A stretch of DNA of 64,000 nucleotides from Octopus bimaculoides (Eukaryota): NCBI RefSeq assembly GCF_001194135.2, contig NC_068987.1, positions 47,654,164 through 47,718,163 of the forward strand, given 5' to 3'. Positions 11,041-24,158 of the stretch are shown here, piece after piece; position 1 is the stretch's first letter, and every line of letters begins with the position of its first letter. Made by a program: the position numbers and the translations under genes. The notes under the pieces are model-generated. The model saw only the letters and a list, made by a program, of their open reading frames with translations. It made no database searches and was not told where the DNA came from.

Positions 11041-13899
11041 CCATGCAGCTTGCAAAAAATTATGAACCCCCCAAAAGGTGGATTTATGGCGTTAAGAGTG
11101 TAAAAAAGGTGGCATTAAGAGTGAAAGAATGAGAGGAGGGGCCAGAGAAGAATAGGTTTCTTGTTGCAGAGTGGCACTCACATTTTAGAAAAGAGGATGG
11201 GGGTAGCTGGGGTAGTGCAAAGAAGAGATAATACTGGAAACAAAGTACCTGGGTGAACCCTCAAACATATAATCTAGCCTTTATAAAGATCATGAGAAAG
11301 AAATTTATTAAACAAAAGTAAATTAAAAAATCACTGATGAATATATAGAAATCTGATCTGGAATAATTTAAAAAGAAATTTTTCTCTCAATTTTTTTTTT
11401 CAGTTATTTTCTATTTCAGACACGAACACTATTTCATTGTAAACACTTAAAACAAAACTTGCCAACATCCACTATATTGTACATTTCAGATCACACACAT
11501 TCACAGAACAAATAACAGTTAAATCTCCCTCAAATCATACCCTAATTATCTAAAAACTTTTCCATGCCTGCTTAATCAAGACTGATTTAAATATCAATAA
11601 TGTTTCAGATACTAAGAGCAGCACAGGGTAAATTCAATTCATCTTTACTAAACAAGCTTTTGCATAAAGAAGACAGAAAGTCATGAAAACTTAAGATGTT
11701 CATTCCTAAAGGCAAAAGTTCCTAATCACCTAGGGCTAACATGTTGGTTTGATTATGCATAACTGTAATGAATGAGTGGATGAGATGTTTCTTGGCACAA
11801 AGAGGGAGAGAAAAGAGAGAAGTAGAGAAACAGATAAAAACAAAGAGAAGAGTTCACATCTAATCAGTGTCTGGATAAGGCACACAACATGTCCTCTCTC
11901 CACCCATTTCCTCATCAAGAAAATGAACTTGGTGGGAGACAATCCAATGAATTAGAAAACTAATGGAATTCATTGTTTAAAGCACTTATATTGAATTTTA
12001 TTATTTCTATGTCCAGTTTACCCATGCTAGCATGGGTCAGATGAGACTGCTTTGATCCAGTATTCCCAATGTCAATCCGTGTATATTTTCAAGTAAGTTA
12101 CTTTATCTCAGGTTCAACAAGCTGCCAAACATTTTCTTTAAACAGGACAGAAACAAAAAGTACAAAAACAGATAGTGACACACACACACACACACACGTA
12201 ATGACCATCTTTACAGTTCAACCCCAAACCACGCGATTGCAACCACATAGTCATGCCAGAAGGAAGCGTTTTCTGGTTTTTGTTAATGGTCCACAAGCAA
12301 TAATTTTGATAGTTCCCCACCAAAAGGACTCCTCACAATACACACACACCAACTTCTCAAGTTCCCAGTTTCCTACCTTAAAGAATATCCATAAAGTGCT
12401 TCATATTTTGGTAACTTATCAATGACTATCAAGTTTTTAATAATATTTGTTCCAAAAATAATTTTGGAATTATCCAAATGTACTGTGTTAAAATTTGTTT
12501 AAAAAACCCCTCTAAAACTTCTGCCTATCAACCAAAATACTTGTATCATGTATTTAATCTGGGAACTTAAATAAATAGCAGAGAGAATTTTTATTGTAAT
12601 TTGAAGAGGTTGCTTATAGTTAATATAACAAAATGGACATTTATAATAACACTTAAAAATTTTATTTATTTAAAAAAAAATTTTAATATGTAAATTTGAA
12701 AAGGAAAATAAGTTAGTTTCAATCAAAAATGTTAAGTTTTTGAAACTAATGCTAAGATGCTATTTCATGGTTGTCAAAAAAAAAAATTCAGTCAGGAAAA
12801 AAACAACAACAAAAGACAAAATATCAAAGACAGCATGCTTTCAAAACATTCAAGACACTGATTGATCAAGCATTATTTAAAAATGAGAAAAAGACAAGAA
12901 AAAAAGACTGGAAGGGAGTGGGGACTGGTGAGTGAGAGAGAATCCAGCAGAAAATAAAAGGAGAGCAAGTACTAAATCCAGCTCTATTCAATAACGCTTA
13001 CATGATCCAATGTTGTAAAAGGTAGCATAACAACTACACTAATCCATAGTCTTTTAATGTACTCTCCAGTGCCTCATCCTTGAGGAGGAAAATAGGAAAA
13101 ATTTAGGCAATATTAATTCAGAGAATATTTATAAGAAACTTATCCCATATGGATCTGAAAAGGAAAGTCATTTGTTAAGAAATCTGAAAAAATAGATCAG
13201 CAGAAAAACATTTGACATTTAAAGAATAAATGTTTCATATTTTCTTGAAATAGCCAAAAAGAGAAAATGAAAGGAAGGAAATGTAAATTGCATTGTTCCT
13301 GCTTTACCATATGACAACAAATAAAAAAGGGAAAAAGAGATGCTGCATTTAAAAGGTCCACAAAGAATGTGCCAAAAGAGAAATAGCAAAAACTGTAGAA
13401 GAAACAGTAGCAAAAGAAAATAAGGCTAACTCATGCATGCCAGTTTACCCAGCTAAAGAATATGATCAGTGCTATATTTGTGGAGCTGTAAGGTTTACAG
13501 ATCAAAATATGAACCGTGATTTTAATAGACAGCAAATACATTCCAATGCTTATGGTTGAATATTTACACAATAAATGTTTCATTGAACAATATGGCTTTA
13601 ACAGATAAAGTTCATTGTGGTTGAACATGAACATGGAATTGTAAGCCACCAAACTATTGATCAATACTCTATTCTACTTTACCAGAGAATCAGCACCTTT
13701 TCCTTTATTAATGCTGTTATTGTATTATCTCAGATATTTCCATTAGAGCAAACCTATAAACATTGCAGCATCTGCTCAAAAGAAGCATTCAGTTGCTGTT
13801 TCTAGCTATGATCACCACTATACACTGCCACTGATTGCATAGAAATTACGCGTAAACATAGCTACTGCAGTCAAGAAATAGATATAACACAATTGTTGA

Positions 13900-14900
13900 C
13901 ACTAAAAATGTAACAAGCTATTTCTAACCCAATTACAACTACCTTTTCATCTATCAGTGATATTGAATATATTCAACTCCCCCTTTCCCAAGAACAAACC
14001 TAGTTGATCATACCAGAATTTGATCACAGAAGTTCTTACTGTCAAACATAATCCGCCAAGGCACCACACTATTCAGCTATTGTCTTGCCTCAGTCAAACA
14101 GGTTTTTCATTAGATTCTTGATCACAAATATCTTCTTTTGTCATAACTGTTGTCCCAAGGAGATATTAAAGATAAGATTTAATGGTTTGCAACAGGACAA
14201 GCTTCCACAGAGCTGCAGTTGAATCTTAGAGTAAGGAAATAGCATCCATCAAATTTCATGTTAAAAGCATTGATCAACCTGTGCCTATAGGAAAAACCTC
14301 AAGTCCAAGAATCTCTTTAACTGCACAAAACACCTGACTTTCGCAAGTCATTTGATCAAAGATCAGGTATTGTGGCAAAATAATTAGGCTGCAGCAATTA
14401 TTAAAAACATTGTAACCTGTTCATAGAGTATTGACCAAGTTGTAGACAGAAGGCAAAGATATGAACAGCACAGATTTTTTTTCGGTGGTTTTATACAAGA
14501 GGAAAAGGATAATGCTCACAACCTTTGTAGGTCCTATCTATCTGGTGAGATTCATGTGGCTGATATTTAACTGTCAACTCACTGTGTCCATAAGAAATTT
14601 TAAAAATGGGTAAGAAAAGGGATTGTAGAGGACCAATATTCTGGAGAGAAGGCCTTAAGCTATGTGACCAGAGAGCCTGAGATGGAGGAGAGAGATATAT
14701 AGGCTTGAGAAGCTTACAACTGCTAGTTCTAAGGGCCAGATGCCATTGTGATCAGAATAAGAGGTAGTGTAAGAAGTGTGTTAGTGGGATTGAAGTAAGA
14801 ACATGTCCTGGAGCAAATCCTTGCAAATTAGCTGGACCTTTTAGGGGATGTAGACCAGGATGTTTTTGTTTGAAACTGCATCACCATCCTAAATGTCAGA
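13900..14900 (-). mobile_element. highly degenerate CR1/L2-like LINE remnant
   Basis: Minus-strand reading shows an APE-endonuclease-like SDHN motif (tctgatcacaat) followed by PLNLIFNISLG, resembling the pre-RT region. Many stops; boundaries approximate. Confidence 0.35.
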
Positions 14901-15143
14901 GCAGTGTCTCTGTTTCATCGAGTCAGCAGCTGAGCTGGGTTGAAGTAGTTTCTGGCTTTGAAGAGAAAAGTTAGTTGTAAGGACACACATCAATGACTGT
15001 GGGCCCTAGCATTTTCTTTTTATATAATGATGAAAAATAATAGTGTAAAAGTAAATATAACACGCAAATGCTATGTATACACACACACACTTCCATTCAC
15101 TCTTTTTCCTTTTTTTTGTCTTATAAGTTATTTGGTAACCTTA

Positions 15144-15343
15144 TAAGGCAGCGAGTTGGCAGAATCATTAGCACGCTGGGCGAAATGCTTAGCAGTATTT
15201 CATCTGTCTTTATGTTCTCAGTTCAACTTTGCCTTTCATCCTTTCGGGGTCGATAAATTAAGTACTAGTTGCGTACTGGGGTCGATCTAATCGACTGGCC
15301 CCCTCCCCCAAAATTTCAGGCCTTATGCCTACAGTAGAAAAGA
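15144..15343 (+). mobile_element. tRNA-derived SINE (family B) with 13-bp target-site duplication
   Basis: ggcagcgagttggcagaatcattagcacgctgggcgaaatgcttagc...ttcggggtcgataaattaagtac. Flanked by TTTGGTAACCTTA (15131-15143) and TTTGGTGACCTTA (15344-15356). Homologous copies at 42125-42316, 47040-47200 and 53845-53950. Confidence 0.8.
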
Positions 15344-15787
15344 TTTGGTGACCTTACTAATGTTGGTGTCACAAAAAAGCACTCAGCACACACTGTAAAG
15401 TGGTTGGCATGAGGAAGGGCATCAATCTATAGAAACAATACCAAAGTTGACATTGGAAAATGATTTTATGTTATGAGACAAGTACATCAATCGTACATTT
15501 TTCCCAAGTGTTTTGATCTGTTATTTCTTAGTTTACTAAAGGCATGGCCATGTGATTAAGGAATCTGCAACCAAGTGATTTCAAGTTTATTCCCACTGTG
15601 TGGCACCTTGGGCTTATGTCTACTGTAGCCTTGGGTTGACTATTGGTTTGAGAGCGAAATCTAGTAGATGGAGATTGTATGGAAGCCTGTTGTATGCAAG
15701 CCTTTGTGTCAGTTTGTATGTATTTGTAATGACATTGGCTGGACAGCATAATCATTATGCTTGTAACTTGGTGGAATAAAGTACCTT

Positions 15788-17564
15788 TACAATATTTACA
15801 TTTGACGGATATTTGTTCTCATCTTGTTTGTTGTTAACACAACGTTTTGGCTGATATACCCTCCAGTCTTCATCAAATGTCTTAGGGAAATTTTGAACCT
15901 GGGTTCTCATTCCTAAGGTATTTTTCTATGTTATTATTATTCAGGTCACTGTCTGGAATCGAACTCAGAATCTTGGGGTTAGTAGCCCGCGCTCTTAACC
16001 ACTACGCTATATGCCTGTAGGCATATTATGGAGTGAATTTTAGGGCTTATAAATTTAATATTTTCCTATCCTTCCTTAATACCGGTTCCCATATGCTATT
16101 CATATCTGCACTCGGTCTGCTTAGGAGGTTGTTGTGTCCTAGCATATGTGCTGCTTCTTTTAGTCTTCATATTTTCCAGTGGTGTTCTCTGTCTATTATG
16201 TTAACTTCATCCCACAGGGGAGCTGGTTTCCATTTTTCCATACATGATCAGCTATACCTAATTTATCAATATCTCCTAGTGTCACAGATTTTGCGATGTT
16301 CCTCTACCCTTATTTTGAGGAGGCGACATGTTTTGCCTTTGTATAACCTACCATAGCTGCATGGGATGGAGTACACGCAGTTTTTAGTCATATTCTCTTC
16401 TATTGGTGGTTTTACTCGAGGGAAATATTTGCGAAGTGTTGTATTACTCTTGAATACTGTCCTGATGTCATATGGGCCGCATATATTTTGCATCTTTTTG
16501 GAGAGGCCTTTCACANNNNNNNNNNCCTGATGTCATATGGGCCGCATATATTTTGCATCTTTTTGGAGAGGCCTTTCACATAGGGTAGACAGACTGTGGA
16601 CAGTTTATTGGTTTCATCCTATCTGTTCTTCATAATTGAAGTGGATAGTATGTTTTGGGGGTAGTTGTTGCTTAATAGATTGCTACCTAGCTTGATCATT
16701 TCTTTGTGGTGGGTATCACGATCGCTACTTATAGTCTTTGCTCGATGTTTTAGGTACTGAGCAATCCCTCTCTTTACACTGTATGGATGGTGGGAATTGA
16801 AGTTGAGGTATCGTCCAGTGAAGGTCGGCTTGCAGTGTACGGATGTCCTGAATCCGTACTTGGTGCATGTTATTAACACGTTCAGGAATGCTAGCTGTCT
16901 GTTTCCTTTTCCATTGTGAACTGTAAGGATGGCTTTATTGAGTTCACATGATCTAGCAGCACTTGGACATCTTCCTGGTGAGGCCAGAGTATAAAGGTAT
17001 CATCAACATATCGCAGCCATAGGGTTGGTCTTAGTGGTGTTGATCCTAAAGCCAAATTTTCAAAGTATTCCATGTATATATTGGCTATTATTGGTGATAA
17101 AGGTGAACCCATAGCTAAACCCTCTTCTTGCCAATATATATCACTGAAGTAGTTAGTTTTTACACAGAAGGTCAACATTTCCATCAAGTTTCTCATTGTG
17201 GGATGAAATCAAAATAATAGACAGAGAACACTACTGGAAAATGCGATAACTAAAAGAAGCAGCACATATGCTAGGACACAACAACCTCCTAAGCAGACTG
17301 AATGCAGATATGAATAGCATATGGGAACTGGTATTAAGGAAGGATAGGAAAATATTAGATTTATAAGCCCTGAATAATAATACCATTGAAAAATACCTTT
17401 GGGATGAGAACCCAGGTTCGAAATTTCCCCAAGACACCTGATGAAGGCTGAAGGGTACATCAGCCAAAACGTTGTGTTAAAAACAAACATGAGGATAAAT
17501 ATCCATCAAATGTGAATAATGTAAATAATGTACATAATTCCTCATCCCTTAAATATAGAACTAT
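15788..17564 (-). mobile_element. Penelope-like element (5'-truncated RT + GIY-YIG endonuclease) with inverted pseudo-LTR
   Basis: RT motifs GLAMGSPLSPIIANIYME and WLRYVDDTF (16891-17196), KPTFTGRYLNFNSHHP (16619-16879), GIY-YIG-type NCVYSIPCSYGRLYKG...RVEEHRK (16266-16514). 17197-17530 is an inverted copy of 15788-16215. ATAAAGTACCTT is duplicated at 15776-15787 and 17565-17576. Confidence 0.92.
17434..17477 (+). ncRNA. minimal hammerhead ribozyme (degenerate) in Penelope pseudo-LTR
   Basis: acac-CTGATGA-a-ggctga(agggtaca)tcagcc-AAAA-cgtt-gtgt: stem I, catalytic core and stem II are present, but the conserved GAAA reads AAAA. A second, more decayed copy lies on the minus strand at about 15836-15880. 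Confidence 0.65.
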
Positions 17565-18495
17565 ATAAAGTACCTTATTTGTAAATCAAGTAATAGCTGG
17601 GAAGCAGGAAGGGCATTGCATATGTCACAGATAAATGTCACAAGAAACAAGATGGAAATTAATATGTCGTACCGTAAACCATGTCAGCATTGAAATCACA
17701 AATGTTGAAACAATGACAATTGCTAAATATCAATGAAAAGCTGGACATATAACTTTAGTGGATTGATAGTAAACAACTTGAAGTAATTCAAGCCAAAGCC
17801 AGTTTAATAGCACCACCTGACAATATGCATTATTTCTCAGCTGAATTATAAAGAAGGGCCCTTGCTGGTTTAATTTCAACTAACTCTTTAGAGGCAACTT
17901 AGACTGAATGAAGCCTACAGACAAGTATGACAAGTGAAACAAATGCTTGAAGCTAAAATCTTTGTTTATACATCATTTGTAAACTGCAAATGAATGGTGA
18001 TTTCTTATAGTAAGAATGGACCATTTGCTCATTATAGCAAGGTGATGAGAAAAGTCACCCAGGCCATTTCCAACAAATTGGGAATGAAACACAAGGAATT
18101 GTTTGCTAACAACTAACTACCACACAACAGCATTCACCAGACCAAGCAACAATAATGTTTTACAAAAAGTTCAAAAGCACATTTTGTTTTGTTTCTTTTC
18201 TGGGGGTGATGAGCATGATGAAGCAATGTCTAATATTTGACTGGTACTTATTTTATCAAACCCCAGATGAAAGAAAGGCAAAGCCAGCATTAAAGGGATT
18301 AACCCAGAACTAAAAAAAAAGTCAATGAATAATACAAGGTATTTGATATTTAATAAATTTTGTAAAATATCAAATATTATGTCTGCACAAGGAGAAGTTA
18401 TGACATTCCAGGCAATGCTTTTCTCAGAAAGCTGTAAATAAAATTCCCAGCTTCCATCATATTTCCTTGAAGAAAGGCCCTTCCCAAAACGTCTT

Positions 18496-18620
18496 TGCTT
18501 CCCAACCACATGGTTCCAGGTTCAGTCCCAGTATGTGGCACTTTGAGCAAGTGTTGTCTGCTATAGCCTCAGGTCAACTAAAGCCTTATGAATGGATTTG
18601 GTAGGCAGAAACTGAAAGTA

Positions 18621-18674
<54 letters not shown>

Positions 18675-18870
18675 TCAACAACTATCTGACAACTGGTGTT
18701 GGTGTGTTTACATCCCTGTATCTCAGTGGTTTGGCAAAAGCGACCAATAGAATAAGTACCAGGGAAAAAACCCCCAAAAAACAAGGAAAACTCAGGTCAA
18801 TTCATTCAACTAAGTTTCTTCATGGCAAGTACCCCAGCATGGCTGAAGTCTAATGATTGAAACAAAAGAA
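18496..18870 (+). mobile_element. tRNA-derived SINE (family A, internal (TG)n)
   Basis: cttcccaaccacatggttccaggttcagtcccag...gcaagtg...aagccttatgaatggatttggtag...(TG)n...gtttacatccctgta...ccagcatggc, homologous to 63131-63538. Confidence 0.85.
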
Positions 18871-18949
18871 CTGCTTTTTACGAATGAAAAACCACTAGTT
18901 TCTCCAGACTCTAGGTATTTTTCTAATGTAGCTTTTAGATATTAATATA

Positions 18950-19130
18950 GCTAATGAAGTCATGTGGCCTAGTGGTTAGGAGTGTTTGGTTCATGATAAA
19001 TGCCATGGATTCAATTCCTGAACAGAGCAAGGCACTTCATTTTGCTTTGTTTCAGCCTACTCAGCTGTAAATGAGGTCCAGCAGAGTGCTGATGCAGCTC
19101 TCTCTCCATCCAGTTGTCACAGCCTAGTGT
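18950..19130 (+). mobile_element. old tRNA-derived SINE
   Basis: A-box-like tggcctagtgg and B-box-like ggattcaattcc, followed by gcaaggcacttcatttt...actcagctgtaaatgag. Confidence 0.5.
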
Positions 19131-19899
19131 ACTACTGGATCAAAGGGTTGAAGAGTCAAAAAGATGTCAATGTAAGCTCCCAATGGCATATGCACCTAAA
19201 ACAATTAGTGAAAGCAGGTATATACTTGTTCACAAGTGATGGCTGACTATTAAATATTAGTACAGTTAATTCAACAAAAAATAATATATACATGAAGAGA
19301 GAGAGAGAAAGATAATCCATGTACCACATGGTTATACACTGTATAGCAATGAAGCAATTACACTATAGCAGTAAAGGTGATCACCCATTTCTGGATAACT
19401 CTGACCATGAAAAGTCAAATAACTGACTACAATCTCACAATAAACAGAAACAATAATGTCATGAATGTCAAATCTACATTCTTTTTCTTTTTAACCTTAA
19501 TTGATGAACATTTAATATAACATAAAACTTGACTGGTCACTGTCTTCAGCTTATGAGTTATACATATGTTCTAAATATACATTTTCTTTTTCTTTTCTTG
19601 CATGTGATGTGAAATTCAATGCTTTTTGTACGCACAAACTCATAAAGCTTCATGTGCATATCCACTGAGCATATTCACACACAGTATATACACATCATAC
19701 AGGAAATCTAAATAGTGATGATAATATACAGTGTTTAGAATGAGCATATTTCAGAGCATTCTTATCACCTTTATCAGAGACTTTCCCAGACACACAAGAG
19801 GTTGATGTGGATGAACTTTTGTAGAGGAAACAAAAAAGAGTTCCAAAAGGTTCATTCTGAAGTGGTGGTGGTTTAATTCACAAGTAAACACTGGTTGAG

Positions 19900-20720
19900 T
19901 ATACTTATGGGGGAAGACATTCAAGCCTTGATAGTCTGATCTTTTTCAGACTGTACCTCCAACCGTATTGTCCGGTATGTCAGCTATTAAGATGCTAGAT
20001 GGACGGTTTGGAGAAAAGTTGAAAATTTTTTGCAGTGGGTCAAGTGACTGCAAAGAGGCTCTCTTGTTTTGAGGGTGAAGTATTTAGTTCAGGGTTCAAG
20101 ATAGAGTAAGCGACTAATAGAGAAAAGAAAGGGTCATATATTGGTCAGTATACAACTCAGAGGAATAGCTTTGTAAATGATAGAGGCTGGTTCCAGAATG
20201 CTGGTAGACTGGTGGATGTAAACTCTTTGCTAATCAGCTGGATAAGTATTTAGGGAGAAGCTGTCTAGATGTGCAGAGCAGTTGCTCTTTTTAAGGATAT
20301 GTGAGCAATACTTTGTGCATCACATTTGTGCCATATAGAAGCTCAACAGATGTTCAGTGCTGATTTAGTTTCTGGTCTTGAAGTTGAAGCTTTCATTGTA
20401 GTTTGGCTGCTTTGGAGCTGTGGACACCATCAGAGATAAGATATTATGAGGTCTGGCATATGTGGTGGGGGACTGTAAAAATAGATCATTAAATAAATGA
20501 GGTTAGCTGATAGCGATACTGAAATACTGGTCAGGTAAGTAAAATCATGATAGTATCTGGATTTATCTTGGCTTTAAGCAGGAGTTTGAAACAAGAGAAA
20601 CTTGTTAATGATACAGAACAGGTTAAGAAAAGATAAACTAGTTGCTATACCTCTATACTGTGCTAGGACTAAATGTTAAAGAGAAACAATGATTGTATAG
20701 AACCAAGCAAAATGGGTTAA
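19900..20720 (-). mobile_element. degenerate L2/CR1-like LINE 3' remnant
   Basis: Minus frames give SIIYKAIP and TASPKYLSS-like fragments resembling the L2-clade post-RT region. Heavily decayed; boundaries approximate. Confidence 0.3.
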
Positions 20721-21777
20721 ATTGCAAGAATGCTTAGTGTCTTACAGTGAGAGTCTTAATTCAAAATCTACCAAAATTAAATAAAGCATTTGAAGGTTCT
20801 GGTTGAAGAAATAAGACAAGGTGAGAAGACATATTTCTGATGACTTGTCTAAACTGTGACTGCCACACGTAAAATAAAATGTTGCTGTTGGTGCCATGCA
20901 AGACAGGATAATTATCAATATGTTCATTAATGCGCATGAGTTTGAATTCTTTAAAAAGTTAATTGAATCGTTCCTGTCATTAGAGCAATAGCATAAATAT
21001 TATATACCAGTGTCAAGCATTCAGAAACTGTTTGCTGTGAAATTCTGAGTGACTAAAGGAGAACTAACCAAAATATTTGCTGTTCATTATCTTTTTTTTT
21101 TTCGCAGGTACTACAAGGTGTTGTCCATGGTAAAAGCAATTTACTTTCCATGACTAATTTAATTCTAAATAGGTGCTATTGTGCAGTAAAGTTCATTGCT
21201 GCAAGTAGTGGATCTAGAATGGAATTGAGGGTTGCAGTAAAGCGACTAATTGTATGTAAAAAGGAAACCATGCAACCCAGCAAGAAATTTCTCTCATTCA
21301 CTTAACGTTTTTGTTGTTTTACAAAGAAGTTAATCAAAGATTAATTACAATTAATGGCTTTACTGAAACATCTGAACTGTTAGTTCTTGTCTGACAGTGT
21401 TTCATTTTGTTCTAAGTCCTATTGATACTAGAGACAGCCAGCGTGCATATCTTCTACTGTACTACATGTTTTTATTCATTCCAACCAGTGAGTTGTGGTC
21501 GTGTTGGGGTACAAAGTGAGGAATTTGCAGGGGAGGAGTGAAGTCAATTAGCATAAACATCAATTGTATGTGCACAACTGATTGACTCAACAAGGATGAA
21601 AATGAAAGTCATCCCTAATGGATTGAAACAGAATATTTAGGAATCTTATGAAATACTTCAAAACAATCTGGAATTTAAATGTTTTGACACATGACTGTCT
21701 TGTATAATAATAATAATAATAATAACTGAAACAAAAAGTAATTTTACAACTGAAGCCAATAACACAAATTAAACATA

Positions 21778-22130
21778 TACACATATACATATGCATAAAT
21801 ACATACACATGCATATATGCATACATACATATACACATGTACGCATACATATATACACATACATTTACATATACACATATGTACACACATTTACATATAG
21901 ACATACGTACACACACATTTACATATAGACATACGTACACACACATTTACATATAGACATACGTACACACACATTTACATATAGACATACATACACACAC
22001 ATTTACATATACATGTATACACGTACATACATATATGTATACACATTCATATACACACATACATATACACTCATATACACACATACATATACATTCATAT
22101 ACACACTTACATATACACTCATATACACAC

Positions 22131-22161
<31 letters not shown>

Positions 22162-22262
22162 TATACACCTATATATATATACACACATATATACACATCT
22201 ATATATCCATATATACATATTTACAAATACACATTAACATACATATTTAGATATACACACAC
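21778..22262. repeat. complex CA/TA minisatellite including about four copies of a 28-bp unit
   Basis: Unit acatttacatatagacatacgtacacac; cgtac recurs at 21906, 21934 and 21962. Confidence 0.9.
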
Positions 22263-24158
22263 AAGAATTCAAACATTTCATGCAAAATTTACTTTTCATA
22301 TCAACCAAAGTATCTTTATATCATTTGTGGAGTAAAGCCGAAAAATGTTAGCCATTAGACAAAAGAAAATGAATAAATAAAAATAACAAAAAATTCTCAC
22401 CAAGCAACCAAGCAGAAGTATGTAAATGAGATGCAATAAGCGAAGCTATTAAAAACATGCCACACCCCTTTTTTATTACTTTTTGCTGAACAGAACATAA
22501 TACCAAGAAGCAAAAGAAAGCAATGTATGGTACCTGAGACAGAGAATACATATAGATAGCAGATATGACAAGATATAATTCAAATAATAATGCAATAAAA
22601 TATATAAAATTGTCAAAAAAAAAGTTCTTTTAATTAAACTGAAAGCAAAAAAGCAAAATAGAGCTTTGCAGGTTTCTTTTTCTTCTATTTAATTTAATCA
22701 TGTTAATGAAAAATATTTGAAATAGTAATAAGCTGGTAGAATATATACTAAGCTGTTAGAATATATACAAAAAATATTAAATAAATAGCATTGGTAATAA
22801 ATAGATGTTAAGGTGTGTGTAAAAAGACAAAAATAACAAAACTTATTAGATGCGGGTCTTAATTATCAAAATATTTTCTTTTTTCACAAGATTTAGCTCA
22901 GAATAATGGAACCTAAATGGGTGAGGATGGAGAAATACGAAACAAAGAGCACCCCTGTTGTTCAAATATTTGAAAAGGTAGGGATTTAGGTATAATATAT
23001 AAACAGAAATGTAATAACATTTAAGTAACCAAAGTATAATTTACACAATTATTCTCAAAATATATATTCACCATCATAATTTTGTCTGCTTTCCATGCTA
23101 GTTTGAGTCAATTCTGACTTGGAGTTACTGCCCTCTTAGGCAGGTTTGGGGATCAAATGCTGGTTCCACACTCTATTTTTGACATGGTTTCAATGACTGG
23201 ATGATGTTCTAACACCAACCACACAACACAATGTACTGGGTGCATTTTATTGTGGCACCAACATGAAGGGTTGCCATGTCCTCAACAGGACAGACAAAAT
23301 GTCCAAATGGTTCTCCTAATCCTATTTTCTGCTATTTTGCCAACAACATTACAGCATAGTAAGGGAATTTTATTATGGCACCAACACTCTTGAGGTTGCT
23401 TTCAAGACAAATGAGTCTTCATTATTCTTTGTAACCTAGGTTTATTCAGGGCAACATGACCAACAGAGTGGGGAAGGTGAGAAGGCAATGAGAGAAGATA
23501 TTAAAAGAGGAGAAAGAGAAAGTATGATGGGTGTGTTGGTGGTGGGGAAGGTGACTGAGGTGTTGCTGTAGAACATGAGTATATATGTGTATATATATAT
23601 ACATATATGTATATGCACACATACACACAGTCCCAGATGAATTCTTTCCAACTAATACTTTTAATAAAGGTGTTAAAAGTAAATTCCATCAATTCTATTA
23701 TTATTGGTTATATTGTATGGGTGTTAAGAACAGTCAAAACAATTTGATAAAAGATTCATGAAACAAAACTCTAGTGGAGAATTTTCTCCAGTTACCCAAG
23801 CATTGCTCTATCACAATGAGATCTTTTAGTTGAGATCTCAATTTGTGATCCCACTATGTAATAAGAAATCAAAAGCAGTTTGTACAGATTTACATTGAAA
23901 GGTTCAAAGTAGTTTATGGGGTTTAATTTGCATGATCTATGATCCTATTTTAACCAAATTACTTTATTCTAGGTTATAAAGCACTACTATTTGAGAAGAA
24001 TTGTGGTTGCATCAGCTAGAATGATTCCAAGCAAGTTAAAGATGAAGAAAGATTATAATGTAAAGAGAAGAGAATTCTAACATTTCAATCAGTCTTTATT
24101 TCTCTGAAGATCTTCCTTGTTAATTAAATATGCTCAACTTCAACCAATGTACTTATTA

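Noticed and set aside
15946-16016. Functional tRNA gene
   Set aside because: A/B boxes are present but there is no convincing acceptor stem or cloverleaf; treated as a tRNA-derived repeat module (likewise the SINE heads).
16457-16580. About 55-bp direct duplication around a 10-N gap inside the Penelope element
   Set aside because: Identical sequence on both sides of a gap is the signature of unmerged contig overlap.
21587-22250. Several VCVY/HTYI-rich ORFs
   Set aside because: Microsatellite translations.
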